Origin: Cyanophora paradoxa CCMP329
Lineage: Eukaryota; Plantae; Glaucophyta
DNA length: 64,000 bases
Direction: 5' to 3'
Assembly (NCBI GenBank): GCA_004431415.1
Contig: QPMI01000434.1
Span: 310,001-374,000 of the forward strand
Below the pieces are notes generated by a model that saw only the letters and a program-made list of their open reading frames with translations, did no database searches and was not told the DNA's origin. This document shows positions 1 to 12,522 of this stretch, in pieces. Numbering within the stretch: position 1 is the first letter of the stretch; each line of letters starts with the position of its first letter. The position numbers and the translations under genes were made by a program.

Positions 1-48
1 AAAGCGCTGTAGGTAGGAGGTCCGGCGCGCCCGTAGCGTAGAAAGAGC
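1..48 (+). repeat. Family-A dispersed element (Fanzor-associated right end / omegaRNA-like), copy 1, cut by the window start
   Basis: AAAGCGCTGTAGGTAGGAGGTCCGGCGCGCCCGTAGCGTAGAAAGAGC is identical to 61237-61284. Confidence 0.9.
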
Positions 49-240
49 ACGAACTTTGGAACTTTGGATGCTGTGGCCCTGTTTCCATGGGCCCATGCCA
101 GCCCACTGAGTACTAATGGCCATGGCCCAGTGGCACAGGTGCGCGCGCCCAGGCCTGTGGTACACGGACGTGTCTTCTGCCAGCCCGGTACCAGTCCCCC
201 TGACGACCACACCGGTACAACCCAGCCGAGTACCCGCCAC

Positions 241-360
241 CAGGAGGCAAAGCCGCTGATCATGAGCAAAGGCAGGCGGCAGCGGAGGGCCGCCGGGCAT
301 CCTGAAGGAGCAGCTGGCGCTGCAGATGAGCGCAGCCGAGTCGCTTAAGCACTAGCTGGA
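241..360 (+). pseudogene. Degraded duplicate of one SAS-6 exon
   Basis: Aligns by eye to 3654-3769 (CAGGAGGCAAAGC...CTGAAGGAGCAGCTGGCG...GCCGAGTCGCT..GCAC.AGCTGGA) with indels and a CAG>TAG change. Confidence 0.75.
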
Positions 361-444
361 TTGCACGATGTAGAAGGAAAGGACACCAAAAAAAGGGTCG
401 CGATCGTGATTGGCATGTGAGACAACGAGAGCATTTATCACTTC

Positions 445-1872
445 TTAGCTTTCGTTTTCCCCTTTCGTTTTTCGCTTTCGGGCATGTCTTCTGACAGTTT
501 TGCCATCTGCTCCTCCGCCCTTTCCTTCTCTCTTTCGGCCTGCATACATTCTCATGACGAGGCAGAAGCTCGAGAACGAAATGAAGCACCATCTTCCGTT
601 CCAAGTGGGGCCTGTAGACCTCCCAGTACTCTTTCCTTGCATCATCAACTGCAGCAAGGAAATCTGAAATGCCCTCTCCAGACACTGCAGACACGCCCAC
701 AGTCTGTGTGCACGCTCATCAGTGAATGCACGAACTACATACAAGGAAAGAAAGCTTTACCCTGATGTTCTTGTAAAACTAGAAGAGATGACAGAGTGAG
801 ATGACAGAGTGACAAATCGACCACATGGCACACCTCATCGAGAACCAGCGACATCGAGCGGGTCAGACAGGCTGAGTATGACTTCTCATTGTCCAGCGCT
901 GCACAGAATGCATCGTAGTCTTGCATCCACTCCGTTGCAAACTTGTGGGACACCACGTCGATTTTGTTGAACACGCAAATAAAAGGAAGCTGGGTTTTGT
1001 ACATGACACTGCAGTAAGCATTAGCTGTGAAGTCGGATAGAGGAAAAGTGTGGGCCTGCACCTGCATGCATACATCATGTTCGACATGAAGGTCGTTGGG
1101 TTTGCTGAGCGAACAGTGTCGACCACGTACACGATCGCCACAGGCAAGGTGGATGCCAGCGACTCCGTGATAATCGCTCCTGACGCAGACCAAGTGAAAA
1201 TCTCGATCTGCCCTGGAGTGTCCATTAAGATGTATCTGCAGTTTTGTCAGTCTCACAGGACCGCATCCAATTTCAACCGCTAGCACTTACTTGATGCCTT
1301 CGCTCGCTCGCTTCTCGACGAATCCGAGTACTTGATCGAAACTAGACGTGCAGCATCAGCGCAGTCGTTCGTATGCTAGCTTGTAGAACATAGCACCGCG
1401 TTGCGAAAAGGTTTAGCGACGTCAGAATGCCGCCGTTTGGGCCTAGATTATACCTGGCAGAGCGTCAGCCATAAGCGCGTCACATCTCCGGCGTATGCGC
1501 ACTGCTTCATGACTGCCTTGTAGTCGACGGTGTCGCGGATGTCGATGTTGGCCGTCGCCGGCGCATGAACCGCTGCAGGGTCAAGGTTGATCACGTATGA
1601 AGGCGTCTTCGTCAGGTGGAAGTGCGCGTTCAGCCTCTGCGCGTTGCGTGCGAGCTTCAGCGCTCGCGCAGCGGAACGTACGCGCGGCAGCGAACCTGCA
1701 TGAGAGTCGTCTTCCCACTACCGGCCATTCCGATCATGATGAGGACGATTGGCTTCTCCGGCGCGGACGACGGACCGGCTTCGGGCGCGCTGGTTGCGTC
1801 TGCGCCGTCGCGCGGCGCCGGCTGCGGCGGGTCTCCGCTAGCCCCGGCTGACGAGCTTGCCGCATCGCTCAT
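445..1872 (-). CDS. GPN1: GPN-loop GTPase 1 (multi-exon)
   Basis: [11 protein letters not shown]-loop, [37 protein letters not shown] motifs. Confidence 0.93.
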
Positions 1873-2031
1873 CGCGCAGGCTGCGAGGATTCCAGGCTAC
1901 TCGGATGAGCGCCGTTTAGCTCGTACCCGTCTAGCGAGCATTTCCCGCGAGTTGGTTCCTCCTGGAACTGCCTTCTAGCGCATTCTCAAAGCGGTTGGAG
2001 CGTGCGGACGCATCACTGCGAGCAGTGTGCG

Positions 2032-4251
2032 ATGGCGGAGGATAGCGAGCAGACCGTCCTGTACGACGGCGAGGTCCCGGTGACGCTGCGGCTAAGCGAG
2101 CGCGAGTCCCGTCGCGAGAACCTCTCTATCAAGCTCAGCAGCGGCACGAACAAGTCGCAGCACAACCAGCGCTTTCTCACCGTGCAAGTCACATCCGAGG
2201 CGGACCCTTTCCTCCTGTACCTCTTCGACGTGACCGAGGAGGACTTCCAGGCGCTCAAAGCTGATCAGTCTTTGCTTGTAGACTTCTCAAAGTTCCCGGA
2301 CTTCTTCATCGAGCTCCTAGAGCACTGCATCCGAACGGGGCGGGAAGGCACCCCGCAGTGCGCGCCCTGTGGGATCGTTGCCGTGCCTGTAGCTAATTGA
2401 AGTCATGGACGTGTCGCGCAGATTTGCGGCGCAGCTCTCTTCTCGCGGGGGCTCATCCCAACTATCGATCGTGGAGACGACTCAGTTCAAGCAGATTTCC
2501 CACCTCGCCCTGACCGTCCGTGCCGGCAATGATGCGGCCGTCAAAAAGTACCTCGCGCAGCGCGTTCACACTTTCAAGGTTCGTGAGGACCCGAAGCTCG
2601 CGCCCGTCGAGCGGTTGCGGGCGTGAACGCCGCTGCGCCGCAGACGAAGCTGGAGAGCGTACAGAGGAGCTATTTGGATTGCCAAAGAGCGTTATCGGAC
2701 AAATCATCGGCGTTGGACGGATCGAGCAGGGAAGTGAGGGAGCTTCAGGAGCTGCAGCAGAGGCAGGCGGCGGACTTGAGGGCGCAGCACGCCCAGGCGA
2801 TGGCGGCTCTGAAGGAGAAGATGCTGGAGAGCCAGCAGGAAGCCGTCGCCGCCCTCCAGCTGGAGCACAGGGACGCCCTGGCCGTAGCCACCGAGAAGGC
2901 GCGCCACCCCTCGCCGCGAGCCTTGTCCGGGTCGCGTTCGACGGTGCGGGGCGCAGATCCAGAGGCTGGAGTCGCGCGTGGAGGAGCTCTCGAAGCGGCA
3001 GCAGGCTTCGGAGCAGGAGCGGGCGCGGCTCGAGTCGGAGGGGCGCGAGCTCGCGACGAACCTTCGGACGAAGGAGAACGAGCTCGAGGCGAGCCGCGCG
3101 GACCAGGCGAGGCTGCTTTCGGAGTGGCGGGAGGCGAACCAGTCGAAGTTCGAGCTGGAGAAGCGCCTCGGGGAGTCCGGGATGCGGATATCGGCGCTGG
3201 AGCAGCAGGTAAAGGGCAAGGACGAGATGCTGGCCAAGGAGCGCGAGCTCTACGAGCGCATCTGCGGCGAGAAGGCCCGCCCCAGCGCCCGCCCCCCCGC
3301 CCGAGCGCCGAGGCCTCCCCGTTCGCTGAGGCGGGCACCGCGCGCAGGGGACACTGGAGAAGTCGCTCGCGGCTGTCGAGGCGTCGTACCAGAAGGCGCA
3401 GGAGCAGCTGGAGGGCAGCTGCTCCGAGATTGTGAAGGCGCGGCCCAACTCGCTCGCCCGCCACATGGGCGCGGAGGCACTAACCTAGGGGGCGCGGCAG
3501 GGTAACGAGATCATCGAGCGGCTGCAGTCGGAGCTGCGGGGCACCAAGTCGAAGCTCAAGCTCCGCAACGCGCTCTTCACGCAGCTCGAGCAGGCGCGCC
3601 CGCCCGTGGGACTCGGATGTGTCCTCTTCCCGTCGGCCCCGCTGACGGCTCCGCAGGAGGCAAAGCAGAGGCAGGCAGCGACGGAGGGAAACCTGAAGGA
3701 GATCGCGGCGCTGAAGGAGCAGCTGGCGATGCAGACGAGCGCGGCCGAGTCGCTCAGGCACCAGCTGGAGCAGGCCCACGCCAAGCAGGCCGAGAGCGAG
3801 AAGCTCCTGCAGTCCAACCAGCAGGGTCCGCGTTGGGCGCAGCGCGCGCGCCTCCCTCTGCCACCGGCGCCCTGACGCTCGGCTCGCTCGCGCGCGCGCA
3901 GTGATCCAGTGGCTCAACAACCAGATCAACGAGTCGCAGCTGACGAGGAGCCCCGGCATTGCCGCCGGCCACTCGAGCTTCAGCTTCCGGCCCTCGGTGG
4001 GCCTCCCCCAGGCGCCCCCGCTCACGGCCGGCTACGCGCGGGAGCCGCCGGCGACGGCCCCGTCGGTGACGCCGCTGTACAAGTCGGCAGCGCTGAGCAC
4101 GCCAGCGACGGTCGCGTACAGGGGCCCGGGCGCGCTGGCCGGCACTGCCGCCGCCGCGCTGGGCCCCAAGGAGGCACCGGGAAAGGACACGAATTTCCTG
4201 AAGTACCTCACCGCGACGCCCCCGCCCACCTCCCTCTCCGCCGTCCACTAG
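2032..4251 (+). CDS. SAS6: Centriolar cartwheel protein SAS-6 (7 introns, 4 with GC donors)
   Basis: N-terminal head DPFLLYLFDVTEEDFQALKADQSLLVDFSKFP, ETTQFKQISHLAL, long coiled coil, LQSNQQVIQWLNNQINE. Confidence 0.93.
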
Positions 4252-4427
4252 CCCACTTGCTGTAAATGCCGTCTCTTTAGCTAGATCTGCTCACGCGCGT
4301 ACTTAGCTTATTCACTGAGCGCGGGGTTCCGCCCCGTGCATGTCCACCCGCTGTCTACGCCATCCGTGGGCCGTGTCGCGGGCACTGTTTGGACTCTGTG
4401 TGGCACGGAAGTCCGCCTAGGGGGAAG

Positions 4428-5630
4428 CTAGATCTTGCTCTGGAGCTCGTGGGCGAGGCGGTAGTTCTGGGCCTTGCTCCAGTCGAAGCTGGCGCCGGTG
4501 ATGGGGAGCTTGCGGCGGAACTCCTTCCAGGTCGAGCGGGAGAGGCCCTCCAGGCTCTCCAGCACGCCCCGGTGCACGCCCGCCTCCGCCTCCTCCACCC
4601 GCCCCGCCACCGCCCCCGCGAACGCCTCCGCGTCGCCCCGCTGCGCCCCCTTCGTCGTCTCTCCGAGTCGAGGGAGGGACCGGAGGGAGGACGCACGGGG
4701 AAGGCGACGTCGGCGGGGCCGCAGGGCTCGGAGACGCGGAGCTGCACGTTGCCGTCCTCGAAGGAGTGGACGAGTGCATCCACCTGCCCTGCCACGCTTG
4801 CCCCCTCGCCCCCCGCCGTGACGCGCACCGTCCACCGCGAGATCCACTCGCCGCCCCTGCCGCAGCGCCGCGTCGCGTCGCGCGGGGCCCGGGCGGGTGG
4901 GGCGCGCTCCGCCGTGGCCGCGCACCAGAAACTCGTCTGCTTCGACTTCGTAGAAGAGATGCGGACAGCGAGGGCGTCCGGCGCCGTGGCGTACACTCCG
5001 CTGTGCGCGTCCGGCGCGATCCGCAGCAGGTACTTCCGTATCGCCGCGTCCAGCGCCCGCCTGTGCGCCTCCAGCTCGGGGAAGGACGGGTCCCGCGGCT
5101 CCCGCGCCGTGCACGTCTACCGCCCGCAGCGTCGGTTGGAGGCTGTGGAGGCGCGCGAGCGCCGTGCACCCGTGTCGCATGGTCGACCGTCACTGCCTCG
5201 GAGCTGCGCGGGTTGTAGAAGCGCCCTTCCTCGAGTTCCGCAACGTCGCACACCAGCAGCTGCGGCGAGGACCTCAGAGGGGATGCTGCAACGTCGACGG
5301 CGAGCTGTAAATGCAGTAAAGGCCTTGGCACGGCGCGAGGAGCGCCCGGCGGCGCTCGCGGAAACGCAGCGGCTAGCTAGGGTGCAACGGCTAACACTTG
5401 CGGGCAGGCCAGGCGCACCGGCTGTTCCTCTGCCATTGGAATGCTAATGCAATGCGCAACGTCCCAATGCCTGGCGAAGCCATCCAGCCCCTCGGCGCCC
5501 GCGAGGACGGAGACATCTGAACGGCGGCCTCGGTCACTCCAGGGGCGGGATAGGGGCGAGAATCAGCACCTCGGAAGACAGCGTCCAGGCTCCCAGGGGG
5601 AGCCTGCAGCACGAGGTCCGCCGCAGCCAT
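4428..5630 (-). CDS. CAPZA: F-actin capping protein alpha subunit
   Basis: LQAPPG near the N-terminus, VHSFEDGNVQL, WKEFRRKLPITGASFDWSK at the C-terminus. Confidence 0.9.
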
Positions 5631-5665
5631 GGGTACGAGTGCAAAGTTTTGGCGCGCTTAGTCAA

Positions 5666-7626
5666 ATGGCGACGCCGGTGTCGCCGGGCGCCGGCTTCGT
5701 GATAAGACCGGAGGACGGCATCGAATGGGTGCGAGCGACGCGAGCGCGTGCGCCGCGTCCGAAGTAACCGCCGCCCTTCAGTTCCTCCTCACCTACTCGG
5801 AGTCCGACGCGGCGCTCAAGCTGATGCGGGTCATCGCGCGGGAGCGGCTGATCATCTCCCTTGAGAAGTGCGGCGCCCAGCCGGCTCAGTCTCCGCGTCG
5901 TCTCACGCTCGGCCGCAGCTTGAAAGACAATGTTCACGCCAGGCAGCTCCTCTCGAAGCGACGACGCCGGGCGGCAATGACACAGTCGCTGGAGTTGGAG
6001 GGCACGCCCCGCGCTGTCAAAAGAGAGCGCGTCTTTCAAGAGAAGGAGGCGCGCCGCCCGCCACCGCCCGCCCCCGCCCCCGCCCCTTCCAGGCGCCGAG
6101 CGGGCGGCCCTGTCGCAGCTCGGAGACGAGATTCCGAAGCTGCGCGCGATTCAAAAGCAGGAGCTGGAGGAGCTCGTGTCTGAGTGGGAGGACCGCGGCA
6201 CGCCCCTCTCCTCGCGCCTCAGCCCCATCCTCCTCAAGACTTCCCTCCTCGTCAACCAGGCCGCCCTCCCATCCCTCTCCCGCTTCTCCTCTTCTTCCTC
6301 CGCATCCACCACCCGCCGCCCGCTCCCGGCGCCGGCGCCGCCGCCGGGCGGCCCGGGCGCAGCGCCGCCCCGCCCGCGCTCGAGCGGGGACTCGCAGCGC
6401 GGGGAGGGCTCGGAGAGCGCGCGGCGGGGGCGGGAGGGCGAGCAGTACGGGGCGGCGTACGACGGGGAGCTGAGGCGGCTGCTGGACGCGCTGCTGGCGG
6501 CGATCGCGGGCGAGGGCGGCCGCTGGCGCGCGGCGCGCGACGTCGACGTGCGCGCCCTCGCCGCGGCCGCCGCGGCGCTCGCGAGGGTCCAGGCCGCCTT
6601 CGCGGAGCGCGCGGAGCGCACGCTCGGGGCCGCCGGCGAGCGCCTCGCCCGCCTCGAGGCCCGCCTCGAGGCCGCCGGCCCCGCCGCCCTCGCCTCCTCC
6701 CCCTCGCGCTCCCCGCGGGAGCTGGGGCGGGCGGGGCGGGGTCCTCGCGGTCCCCCCGTCGGGGGCGGCGGGGCGGGAGGAGGCGGCCCGGCTCCGGGCG
6801 CGCGTCGCCGAGCTCGAGGCCGTCAACCTGAACCTCGCCGGTCCGCCCGCCCCGCCCCGCCCCGCCCCGCCCCCTCCCAGCTCCACCGCACCCTCCGCCA
6901 GCTCCAGCACCCGAGAGCTCAAATCTCAGAGTCGTCGTTAGCTTTCAGAGCCTTCAGTGCAAATCACAGTCCGACGGCGACGCCGGCGCGCGAGGGCACA
7001 GAGTTTCAGGATTTCTAGAGGGCCCTCTCTGGCGCTGGCGCCCCGGCGAGCTCGCGCGCGCAGGGGGCATCGCGGCGATCTCGCGGGAGAAGGAGGCGCT
7101 GGCCTCGCGGGCGGCGGCCGCCGCCGCCGAGGCCGCCGCCCGCCGCGCCGAGCTCGAGGAGGCCCGCCGCGACGCCGCCGCCGCCCGCGCCCGGTCCGCT
7201 TTGCTTTGCTTTGCCCCGCCCCGCCCCGCCCCTCCGCGCGCCGTGCTGATGCGGGGCAGGCACGAGCGGGAGGCGGCGGCGGCGGCGCGGCGCATCCGGG
7301 AGCTCGAGGCGTCCCTCGCCCTCGCCGCCGCCGCCGCCGCGGGGCCCCGCTCGCCCTCCCCGGAGGCCCCGCACTCCGAGGCCCCCGCCGCCCCCGCGCC
7401 CTTCCCCTCCCCCGCCCCCTCCCTCGGCGCCTCACCCGCCGTCTCCCTCTCCTTCGCCGCCGCCGCCTCTGCCGGCGCCGCCTCCGGCCCCGCAGGGCCC
7501 GGCCCCTCTGCGGGGCCCTACCCCTCCCCGCCCCGCACGGGGCCGACCGGGCGAGCACGCCCCTCCTCGCGTGCGCCTCCCCCGCCAACGCCCCCCCCCC
7601 CCCCCCCCCCCCCCCCTCCCTCGTGA
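5666..7626 (+). CDS. Hypothetical coiled-coil protein (multi-exon)
   Basis: ATG 5666, GT/GC-AG introns join E/R/A/L-rich helical exons; no recognisable family. Confidence 0.5.
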
Positions 7627-7710
7627 GCGAGCGGGCGGCGCAGGGCGAGCACGCCGCGGGAGGCGATGCCCTCGCGCTTCGTCTCGGCGGGGCCGGGGAG
7701 CCCGCTCTCC

Positions 7711-10700
7711 ATGCCCCCCACCCCGGACCTCGCCAACGCCTCGTCCGCCCACTTCCCATTCTGAATCCGATTTCGAGTCCGACGGTGGGGCGCGCAGGTT
7801 CATATCGGAGGCGTTCGCCGGCTTCTCCTCCGCGGGGGCCTCCCTTCGCCACTCGGGCGAGGCGGGGCCCCGCCGCCCCTCCGCCCCACTCCCCCCGCCC
7901 GCTCCTCCGCAGCCGCCGCCCCGGAGGCGCCGGCGGCGGCGCGGTGCCCGCGGGTCGTGGCGAGCCCGCCGCCGCGCTCGGCGTCGCCCCCGGCGCGCCG
8001 CGGGGCGAGGGGCGAGGACGAGGAGCAAGCGAGCCCCGCGCCGGCGGTGCGGCCCCTCTGCGAGCTCCCCTCGTCCCCCACGCCGCCCCGGGACAACTCC
8101 TCCGGCCCCTCCTCCCCTTCGGCGGCCCCCGGCCCCTCTGACCCCTCCGGCACGCCGCCGCGTACCCCCGCCGAACCGCTCTCCGAGGCCCCTACCCCTG
8201 CGCGGCCCCTCGCCTGCTACCCTCCTCCCACGCCGCCCCCGGCCGCTGGGCCGGAGCAGCCCCCGGCGCCCACGCCTGCCCGCGCCGGTCCCGAGTCGCC
8301 GGAGAACGGGTGCGGGCGGGGCGAGGGGGCCGGCGGGGCCGCGCACCCGCCCACCACCACATCGTCGCCCCCAAAGGCCGGCGAGGAGGTGGATGCAGGG
8401 GGCGGCGGCGGGGCCGGCCTCGCGCCGCCCTCGCCGGCGCCGCCCACCGCCGCGCCAGAGCCGGCCCTCGGCCTCGCCGCGCCGCCCTCGCCGCCCCGCG
8501 AGGACTCTGGGCCAGCGGCGCGCACCGCGTCCGCGCCGCGGGGCGTGCCCCGCAGCTCCACCCTTTCCCGCCGCAAGGCCGCCCCGGCCCTCGACACGGT
8601 CCGCTTTCGTTTCCCTCGTTCCCCGCCGCGAGCGGCTGCCCACGACCCGCGCGCAGCAATCGCTCGCCCGCTCGATGCCAGCCGGCGCGCTCGGGCAGTT
8701 GGCCCCTCCCGAGGGGTCCGCCGGCCCCGCGCCGCAGCCGGAGCCGCTACCGGCGGCTGCGCGGGCGGCGCGGGGCGAGGCGGTAGTGCTTGACGACGGG
8801 GCGGCGGCCGGCGCCGCCGCCGGCGCGCCGGCGCGCAAGCGCCCGGTCCTCTCGAGCCAGCGCGCCGCCGCCGCCGCCGCGAAGGCAGCCGCCGCCTCGC
8901 CGCCGCCGCCGGCCCCCGCCCAGTCGTCGGGCCCGCGGTTCGTGGGGAGGGCGCGTGGAGCACGCTGGCGGGGCGCGGGGCGGCCTCGGGCCCGTGGCCG
9001 GCGCCGGGCCCCGCGGAGGCGGCCGAGGAGGCGGCCTGCGACGCCCTCCTCGACGCCCGCGTGCGCGACGCTTTTCCGACTCTAGGCGTATCCCCCTCAG
9101 AGTCACAAGCGAGTCGCGTGTGCGGCGCCGCGCGCGCCGCCGGCCGACGCCGCCGCCGCAGGTGGTGCTGCTGAGCGGGGCCGGGGCGCCCTCCGTCCCC
9201 TGCGCGAGCCTCGCCGAGGCCCTCCGCCGCGCCGCCGACGGTCCGCCCCGCCCCGCCTGCGCCCCTGCATCGCCCCGCCCCGCCCTCCTCGGCCCCACTC
9301 CCCAGCCCAACTTGGGCCGCATCCTATCCAGCTCAGACTCCTCGCCCCCGCCCCGACCCGACCCTCGGCCCCTTTTTCTAGCGTGGGATAGGGGGTGCGC
9401 GGCTCCCTCTCTGCCGGGCCGTCCGACGGTCGTTCAGAGCTTGCACCCAGCCCCGCCCCGCCCGCCCCGCGCCCTCGGCGACCCGACTCCATCCCCCCGC
9501 GGGCTCCCGCTTCCGCCGGAGACGCTCCCCCCCCTCCCCCCCCCCCCTCTCTCCCCCCCCCCCTCCCCCTTCCCTCGCCTCATGCTGCGGGGGTAGGGGA
9601 CGGGGTGCTGCTGCGGGCGGGGACGCACTACGTCGAGCCCGGCGCCGACCTCGCCCTTTTCCGGTGCCCCCGCGCCCGACTTCCCGCCCCGCGCCGCGGG
9701 GAGCGAGAGCGAGCGCGAGCGCCAGAGACCTCTAAGGATAGAGAGGGGGCGGATGCCGCAGTCGATCTTCTCTGCCAGGCTGTTCTGCGCGGGAGGGGCG
9801 GGGCGTTCTGACGCTGCCCGCGGGGGGCGCGCGCAGGTCGGTGGAGATCGTGGGGGAGGCGCTGCCGCCGGCCCCGGACCGCGAGCACCGCGCCTGCCTC
9901 GCCTCGCCCCTCACCAAGACCGTGCGCCCGCCCGCCCGCCCGCCCGCCCCCGAGGGCCGCCCTGGAGGCGGGCCCCCTCACCTCGCCCGCCCGGCCCCGG
10001 CGCGCGGCAGTACGGGCGCCCGAAGCCGCTGCTGGCGGTGGGCGAGGCCGCGGCCGTGCGCCTCGTCAACGTCGACTTCAACGAGGAGGCGCGCCCCCCC
10101 GCCTTCCCCTGCGGCGCCCGCGCCCCGGGCACTCCGCTCACCCCCGCCCCAGCGCAAGGCGACGGGCGAGGGCGGCGTCATCGATGTGGCAGCCACCGCC
10201 CAGGCGCGGCCCCGCCCCGCCCTCTAGAGCATGTGGCCGGCCCCCCGGCCTTGGCTGACGCGGTGCCCGGAGCTGACGCGGGGAGCAGCTGGCGATGGAG
10301 TCGTGCACCGTCCGCTGCGCCGCCCCGCGGCCCTGCCTCGCCGTCCGCTACGAGGCCCGGGTCCGCCCGCGCCCGTCCCCGCGCCACGCCATGCGTCATC
10401 TTGGGCTCTGACGCCTGTGCGCGCGGGCCAGGCGCGGGCGGCGCGCTGCGTCTTCGAGCACCCCGAGGGCGGCCCCTACGGCGCCGCCGGCGTCCGCGTC
10501 TCCGAGCTCGCCCAGGCGCCTCCCGCGGCTCGGGTCCGGGTCGGACGGGGTCAGGTCTGATGCGGTGCGGTGCGGGCAGGTGGCGCTGGAGGGGTGCGAG
10601 GCGGCGGGGGGCCACACGGGCTTCGCCCTCGCCGTCTTCGGGGAGGAGAATCTCGTCGCCCCGCCCTCGACCCTCGCCGACTGCACCGCCCGCTCCGCCC

Positions 10701-11456
10701 AGGTCAGGGAGGCCCCAGGGCACAGGCGCCCTACTTGGCACACGCCCTGTACCTCGCCAACGCCTCGCTCCCGCCCTCCCCGCAGGTCGGGTTCGCGCTG
10801 GCGGGCGCCGCGAGGGCCTCGCGCTGCGCGGCGGCGGAGTGCGCGGCCTTCGGGTTCCGCGTGAAGGCGCCGGCGCCCGAGCCCGGCGCCCCGGGCCGCT
10901 GGCGGGGCGAGGAGGCGGCGCTGGAGGCCTGCGAGGCCGCCGCCTGCGGCACCGGCTTCCTCCTCCTCCCCGGCGGCCCCACGCGCCTCACGCGCTGCAC
11001 AGCCCGCGCCTCCCGCGCCGCCGGCTTCAGCGTCGTCGCCTCCAAGGAGTCCCTCCAGGAGGTCCGCGAAGCAAAGCAAGCCTCGCAGAGCCCCGCCTTC
11101 TTCCCTTCCTTGACGCGGCGCAGCTGGTCTCGTGCGCGGCGTCCGGAAGCGGCGTGGCCGGCCTCGTCGTCCGCTCGGGCGGCCCTGGCGTGCTCGTGCG
11201 GGGCGCCACGTTCGAGGGGCACGACGGGAGCGTCTCGGGCCCCAAGGGCGACCCCAACCTCGCGCCCTTCCGCTCGGCGGGCCTCAAGAAGAGGGTGGAC
11301 GTCGTGATCTCCCCCGAGGGGGCCCACGGCGAGGTCCGCATGGAGGGGTGCCGCCGGGCGGAGGCGGGCGGCGCGGCGGGGGACCTGGGGGCGGGCGAGG
11401 GGGCGCCCCCTACGGTCGCCGAGGTCGCCCTGCCGCCGGCGGAGCCCGGCCTCTGA
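7711..11456 (+). CDS. Hypothetical protein with a low-complexity N-terminus and a probable right-handed parallel beta-helix (pectin-lyase-like) region
   Basis: SLAEALRRAADG..GVLLRAGTHY..VEIVGE pattern followed by repeated LEGC/LTRC/..GF.V units; start uncertain. Confidence 0.5.
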
Positions 11457-11559
11457 GCGCTCGGCCGTCCCGTGCCGCAGTGCCAGGGTGTAGCTTTGAG
11501 TTAGGTATAATTCAAATGATTCTGGCAGCCTGGCAGTGAGCCCCACGACGGGCTTCTGT

Positions 11560-12520
11560 GTGTGGGTTCGAGCCCCAGAGGATGACTCATGATCAGTGAC
11601 TGCACATCGATATCGGGAATCTGATGAAACGACTCTGCTGAAATTTCAAACTGTAAAACCCACTGGGGGGGCAACTTGCAAGTTGCTGCCAGGCTGGCGC
11701 CGGCAAGAGTGAGCTTGCCAAGTTGTGAACTTCCGAAGTTCTTGACTCGTGAACTTCGGAACTGAAACTTGAGAATCACTGAGAGTCATGAGTAAACTTT
11801 GAAACTCCGGGGGATCCGGATCGGAAGCCACGACACGTGATCATGACACTCAGTGACTGTGACATTCAATGATTGAACTACCTTGAAAAACATCATGGCA
11901 CTGCGGCATCCGATGATCATGGCATCCGATACGCGATGTTCAACGGTTCATGACATTTGGCCCAGTGGAGCCTCGGAGCCCGGCCTCGGAGCCTCGAGCT
12001 CACTGTGGCATGGCATCGGATCATGATCATCGGATCATCCGATGACTCAGTGATCGGATCATCTGACTCTCAGAGTCTCACTGAGTCAGAGCCTCCGAGG
12101 CTCCAACTTGCGGGCAACCTGGCAAGCTTAGGCCCTGAGGCCCTGGCCCAGTGGGCCGGGCGCTGGGCGCCGCGGCCCACACTGTCATGATCAATATTAA
12201 TGTTTAACTTGCGGCGCTGCCGCAGTCTAGCAGTGCGCCCAACTTAGTACGGGCCTCTAGATTTATAGCTAGCTATAGTTTTCCACGCACAACACGTTCA
12301 AAGAGCCGGCCGCCGGGCCGGGGCCCCGCGCGCAGCTTGCGAATCGGCAGGACGGCAGAATGTGAGGAACAGACCGATCACCGGAATCAAAGACTAGCCT
12401 AGTAGTAGGCGAATTAACATCCGAAACACTAACTTCATGGATGCGGTTCCCGCGCGGCGCCGGGCCCCGCATCTCTATTCTACATCTCACTGAATCACTG
12501 AATCATGATCACAGGCGGCG
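11560..12520. other. Lower-GC intergenic mosaic of short palindromic words (TCATGA, ATCGGAT/ATCCGAT, GACTCA/TGAGTC, AACTT)
   Basis: The words recur many times with no credible ORF; similar patches at 52020-52115 and 42320-42340. Confidence 0.55.
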
Positions 12521-12522
12521 CA

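Noticed and set aside
6000-11456. Many long overlapping R/P/G/A-rich ORFs on both strands
   Set aside because: Expected from very high GC and scarce stop codons; the real gene is spliced on the + strand
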